The notes beneath the pieces are model-generated. The model ran no database searches. It had not been told where the DNA came from and worked only from the letters and a program-made list of their open reading frames with translations. DNA of 54,569 nucleotides from a virus (lineage: Duplodnaviria > Caudoviricetes): IMG/VR virus record IMGVR_UViG_3300025886_000032, positions 1 to 54,569 of that record; one strand, written 5' to 3'. Both the position numbers and the translations under genes were made by a program. Of the stretch, positions 52,801-54,569 are shown piece by piece. Position 1 is the stretch's first letter; every line of letters begins with the position of its first letter.

Positions 52801-54569
52801 AGAACAGAGGTAGATTTAATAAGAGGAAACAACCCTCAGTGGAACAAGCTCAGAAGATCTCTTGGCATGAAAACTGTTTCTGATAAAAGTGAAGAGTATA
52901 GCCAAGGTGAAGAAGCTTTTTCTGAAAGAGTTGATGAAGCTTTAGAATTAAAGAAAGAAGAAATAAACAACAGTAATAAATCCGAGTCTCAAAAAAGTCA
53001 AGAAATATCTGCGTTAGAATTTAATGCTAATAGATTAAAATTAAAAATACCTTTAGATGTTTTAGCTAAAGATTTAGCAAATCCAGCAGTTATGGGTAGT
53101 TACAAGGAATTAGAGCAAGCTGCTTATGCTATATCCGTAGGAGGTTTTAATGCTAAGAACTTGTCTGTTATAGAAGCTGCATCTTTCACTAGTGATGGAA
53201 CGTCTGGTGTTAAAATGTTAGAGTTTTATGGATTAGATGCTGCTCAAGCTCAACAAGTTGTAGATTTTAGTTATTCAATGAGAGACGTAGCTAAAAGACA
53301 TTTTCAAGGAGACTTAACTAATGCTAATTTCCAAAAGTATATAGACGAATCTATAACAGAAAGTAGATTAGAATCTTCTAAGGAAAAAATAAAGAAAGAT
53401 TATGAAGCTAAACGTATAGACAAAGCTGATTATGAAACTCAAATAGAAGAAATAGATGCTCAACTAGATGTCAACTTAAGATCTAAAAAGCAATTACTTG
53501 AAGCTGCTAAAGTAGAAAGAGCAGGTAAAGAGTTAGAAAAAATTGAAGAGTACGAGAAAGCAGGTTTTCAAATTAAAAAAATGAACGATGCTGAAATGAA
53601 GAAATTCATGGAAGATAATGGTGGTAATTTTAGTTCAACTGGTTTTGGTTATCAAGGTGTTGTTAATGGTAAGTCTATAGCTCTAATTAATACAGATGCT
53701 ACAGCGAGAGAAAATGTTGGTGGAACAGAGGTACATGAAATATGGCATCATCCATTTGAAAGAAGATTAGGTAGTGAAGCTATGGCTAGCAGAGTAGAAT
53801 CTTTAATGAAAGATGAAAAGCTAACTAAAAAACAAGCAACTAACAAAGTTAATAAAGAAGCTAGAGATTATATAAATGGTCTTCAAAAAGCTTTAAAAAA
53901 TAGAGGCATACTTGACATTGTTAAAGAGGAAATGTCTAAAAGACCCGGTTATAGAGACGCAATATTTGATGAAATATTTCAAGGTAAAGAAATTCCTTTG
54001 TCTGAAATGAAGGAGTTTATCAATGAGTTTATACAACTTAATGAAAACGGAGCATTTAATAATTTAAAATCTGAAGCACAAAGAAAATCTAGTGACAAGC
54101 AAAGTACTAAAGAACTTACAGAAAAAGAATATCAAGAATCTTTAAATGATCCTATTAAGTTTGTAGACTTTGTTTTAACTGGTAAATATAATAGTAAAAA
54201 CATTAATGAGTTTTTAAAGCGTGAAGCAGATGCTTTAGGTGCTGAAAGTAAAACTACAGGTCTACAAGCATCGGAAAGAACTAATGATGTTAATGATCTA
54301 GCTTTGTCTTACGAGTCAAAAGGAGGAAACAACTTGTGGAAAGACTTTGGTGCTGATGATGCAATTAAACAAATGAAAGAAGATAAGATGTTGGATCGTC
54401 TTATAGCGTCTAAGTCTAAAGATTTTGAAGGTGCTCCTGAAGGTTTTGTAGATAAAGTTTATGCTGAATTGTTACCACATATAAGAAATTACAAACCTGA
54501 AAGACAAAACGAAAGTGGATTATTTGGTTGGGTAAACTCACAGATAAGAAATAAAGCCAACGCTGTATA
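49861..54569 (+). CDS. giant probable virion cargo / polyvalent protein (>1560 aa, runs off window) with zincin HExxH and a sigma region-2-like segment
   Basis: ATG 49861; no terminated ORF in the track here and spot translations are open; HEIWH at 53734-53748; last residues LDRLIASKSKDFEGAPEGFVDKVYAELLPHIRNYKPERQNESGLFGWVNSQIRNKA. Confidence 0.8.
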   Translation, partial: MNEDYLQLLFSAYGDEVGNDYDAFKTAMSNEDYSRMLFETHSEELGDDYAEFNKAVGINIEPYVEPEEEVSISGDYGVKEQDVFQTTEPTKSKFSKDISYDDFNMKGQNSAFDNAEENLEKKLASQYPNLTFDTPIMNGGVSNDMLDVTNEDGEVFRWQMNTDYNAGKRSSSGEYTVVDPENREQESRNNYIDFLEFANKSKYKDGKYQNSDDIRTLGPDYVVKNEQGQDVEMQVTPGLTQKAISIMRSNPNVTSLDEAIDLAVDTEFGQMNIAWQESIQNKKAKKNFDFKNEVKSLVSNNNFNPNIIGDDLDGDINKTIETLESLGMPKEVISSAENTARVNSQGQSISPKADYQEKLNNVRAWLDGSQTWGENTEGPLITKAYNELVDQRSKEQVDNDIKQGVIEAGVNQEQVLKRQEQLLNAEGNTLSKEQALLQAEKDVIALTVQDIKTKKAKEDGDRILKAELPYYEGKSKDKIEELQSELAEIKKLEEGQEKTIKYKEYLDKVRSFLDDDEINLLKQGDKFVRKDRQEQLDNLNSNAKNIVKDLLLDAPDKLDEKLLDTDTELLNLAKEIKRKGLSETLNEGSILQMFGAAGQELVGAEGSAYEDFRKIEKWIETGEMPDLLTPLPVSTTDSYLFDKYGDASGQDPLVKKYNDLLEYRSTLLLAQSLNADPTSFGKTESGVGRFLEGVVEATPEAVGMNSGLTKDKQRELGFDILEDVYGIKKTDKDKANLHHIEHDLWKSSGEMIPGLMRMGAEIYLTTLATGGVGFGPAVLRAATFRTLLRSGVSSSMAKNIATYGSAVMTEYVGLQGSNAMERSLDFGPGIENPELFALTASAIRLKGAQASSKFNKAIVDTYKTGSNAQRNALEYFYAFPTTASTEAGALKYTGSLIDRSVKSLSRTTIAAGSKVTGAAGGAMTISTADNVGAVLAGDKTVAQALNDVTNPDHLMELGGALLFLGMSRPDKYSKQTIERFRTEVDLIRGNNPQWNKLRRSLGMKTVSDKSEEYSQGEEAFSERVDEALELKKEEINNSNKSESQKSQEISALEFNANRLKLKIPLDVLAKDLANPAVMGSYKELEQAAYAISVGGFNAKNLSVIEAASFTSDGTSGVKMLEFYGLDAAQAQQVVDFSYSMRDVAKRHFQGDLTNANFQKYIDESITESRLESSKEKIKKDYEAKRIDKADYETQIEEIDAQLDVNLRSKKQLLEAAKVERAGKELEKIEEYEKAGFQIKKMNDAEMKKFMEDNGGNFSSTGFGYQGVVNGKSIALINTDATARENVGGTEVHEIWHHPFERRLGSEAMASRVESLMKDEKLTKKQATNKVNKEARDYINGLQKALKNRGILDIVKEEMSKRPGYRDAIFDEIFQGKEIPLSEMKEFINEFIQLNENGAFNNLKSEAQRKSSDKQSTKELTEKEYQESLNDPIKFVDFVLTGKYNSKNINEFLKREADALGAESKTTGLQASERTNDVNDLALSYESKGGNNLWKDFGADDAIKQMKEDKMLDRLIASKSKDFEGAPEGFVDKVYAELLPHIRNYKPERQNESGLFGWVNSQIRNKANAV

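Noticed and set aside
1-54569. Stop-codon reassignment as in some crAss-like phages
   Set aside because: Long genes are intact in code 11, TAG and TGA act as real stops (capsid, amidase), and no suppressor tRNA was seen.

Overview
AT-rich tailed-phage genome segment with no integrase, tRNA or CRISPR array visible. It is most consistent with a podovirus of aquatic Bacteroidota (Flavobacteriia), inferred from A-rich Shine-Dalgarno-less leaders and a crAss/phi38:1-style portal, capsid, ring, stabilization and cargo gene order. Two arms diverge from a G-rich non-coding island at about 15.0-15.3 kb. The left arm (minus strand) has about 30 tiny early genes, then DNA ligase, an HTH/Rep-like protein, a sigma-70-family factor, ERF recombinase, exonuclease, SSB, primase-helicase, a T4 gp42-like dCMP hydroxymethylase, two MazG-like pyrophosphatases and an endonuclease. 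The right arm (plus strand) has a Cys-rich repeat protein, GroEL/GroES, lysis genes, LamG and collagen fibres, terminase, portal, scaffold, capsid, tail and ejection proteins, and a giant ORF running off the end. The most striking signals are regulatory. (1) Nine exactly spaced copies of a non-host promoter-like motif TACAAA-N2-WAATACRR-N9-GATAATA, six lying exactly 6 nt before an ATG (leaderless mRNAs). (2) A second motif GTAAA-N15-GTRATWRTA before late and recombination genes. (3) A sigma region-2-like segment plus an HExxH zincin motif inside the giant probable virion protein, suggesting an injected-sigma then encoded-sigma cascade. (4) A canonical hammerhead ribozyme and other structured RNAs among the early genes. 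(5) Three copies of a 44-45 bp palindromic site, one covering the start codon of the HTH gene. All protein calls come from motif recognition by eye, not database searches.
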